Positions 62,709 to 64,000 of a stretch of DNA of 64,000 nt are shown here, in pieces. The position numbers and the translations under genes were made by a program. Each line of letters starts with the position of its first letter. Positions within the stretch are counted from its first letter, which is position 1. This DNA is from Eledone cirrhosa (taxonomy: Eukaryota): the NCBI GenBank assembly GCA_964016885.1, contig CAXHJY010001721.1, positions 5,190 through 69,189 of the forward strand, read 5' to 3'. Under the pieces are notes generated by a model. That model was not told the origin of the DNA. It saw nothing but the letters and a program-made list of their open reading frames with translations, and made no database searches.

Positions 62709-64000
62709 TAACTTTGAATAACTTTGAAATGTTTTGGCCAGTATTGGCCCAGGCCATGTCTAACTTAATAGCACCACCTGGCGAAGTCTTTCAATTCAGG
62801 ATTTGGGCACCATGGCCCATTCGAGAAGAGAATTACTGTTTGCGGAGACATATCCGGGTGTGGGTGGTTTGTCCGGGATTACTTGGAGGAATTTGTCCAA
62901 AGACTTCTTGAATTTTGTGTGGTCAGTTTCTGTTTTGACGTGTCCTGGTGTGATGTTGAAGAGAGCAGGGCCGATTGAGGTGAAATAATTGTGCCGTATT
63001 GTTGTTATGAGTTGCGATTTAGATTTTTGAATGGGACGGATAGCACGGGGCCCAAGCCTTGGGTGTATCTTGAAGGCGATGCCAACATCATTTGGGCAGT
63101 GATGATGGAACATTTTCCACATCATGCAGATAATATAACGCTCACGGCGACGTTGGAGTGAGTAAAGTTTCAGGTTTTCCAATCGACCCCAGTAGTCAAG
63201 GTCTGACATGCCATCTATCTTTTTCGTGATTGCCCTTTGAGGAGCTTCAAGTTTCATGATACTTTGTTTCGTGTGGGGAGACCACAGTGGACAACAGTAT
63301 TCAAGGTGTGGTCGGGCGAAAGTAGAGAAGAGAAGGATAATGGTGCGGGAATCTCTCGACTGGAAGGTTCTGAGGATCCAGGAACACATTCTGCGGGCCA
63401 TGTCAACTTTGCTGCTTATATGCGTGGTCCAGCTTATGTTGCTGTCCACGGTTACTCCCAAGTCTCTGATGTTGTTAGATGCCACGAGAGTTTCCCCGGA
63501 GGGAAGGGAGTACGGGAGTTTCAGAGCATCCTCTTTTCCAAAGTGGATCAGTTCGAATTTGTCTTCGTTCAGTAACATGTTGTTCTTTTCTGCCCATTGG
63601 GTAACAGCCAGTAGGTCTGACTGAAGGCTTATCCGGTCATCCACGCCATTGATGACCTTTTGGAGCTTGGAATCATCAGCGAAAATTTTAATGTTGCTGT
63701 GTTTGATGATGTCAGTGATGTCATTAATATAGATGATGAAGAGAAGTGGGCCCAACACAGTGCCTTGTGGGACTCCACTACTGACTTTGGCTGGGCTTGA
63801 TTTGACTCCCTCAACTACAACATGTTGGGTTCTGTTTGACAGGAAGCTCTTGATCCACTGCAGCAGCTTTCCAGTGACACCAATATTGGACAGCTTTCTC
63901 AGTAGAATGTTATGATCAACCCTGTCAAAGGCCTTGCTGAAATCAAGGTAGATAACATCAGTGTTGGAACCCTCTCCCAAGGCTCTCAAAATGTCATCAA
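62709..64000 (-). mobile_element. Second copy of LINE family 2 (3' part; RT frame from the window edge to 62796)
   Basis: Near-identical protein to the C-terminal part of 55262-56833; same 3' tail. Confidence 0.95.

Overview
Gene-free, repeat-saturated eukaryotic DNA, probably from an invertebrate (inferred only from element types). About 40% is imperfect (TA)n/(TACATATATG) microsatellite, and every Y/I-rich ORF in the track is an artefact of it. The islands between the TA arrays are almost all retroelements. They comprise Penelope-like elements (PLEs; RT + C-terminal GIY-YIG, two clades), two CR1-group LINE families with CCCH-finger ORF1s, one GC-rich foldback/MITE, and many ORF-less elements. 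Main result: reading both strands by eye I find 31 type I hammerhead ribozyme (HHR) motifs in 13 apparently unrelated sequence families. They lie in PLE pseudo-LTRs and in non-coding monomers of about 300-680 bp (retrozyme-like), inserted into (TA)n, mostly as tandem arrays and usually with an inverted 5' arm. Several HHRs have non-canonical cores (U3-A8, C4, U.U or A.G at the base of stem II), and most have family-specific palindromic stem III. Separately, three unrelated retroelements (two LINEs, one PLE) join ORF1 to an AUG-less pol frame through the same U UUU UUA -1 slippery heptamer. All structures were folded by eye; no searches were run.
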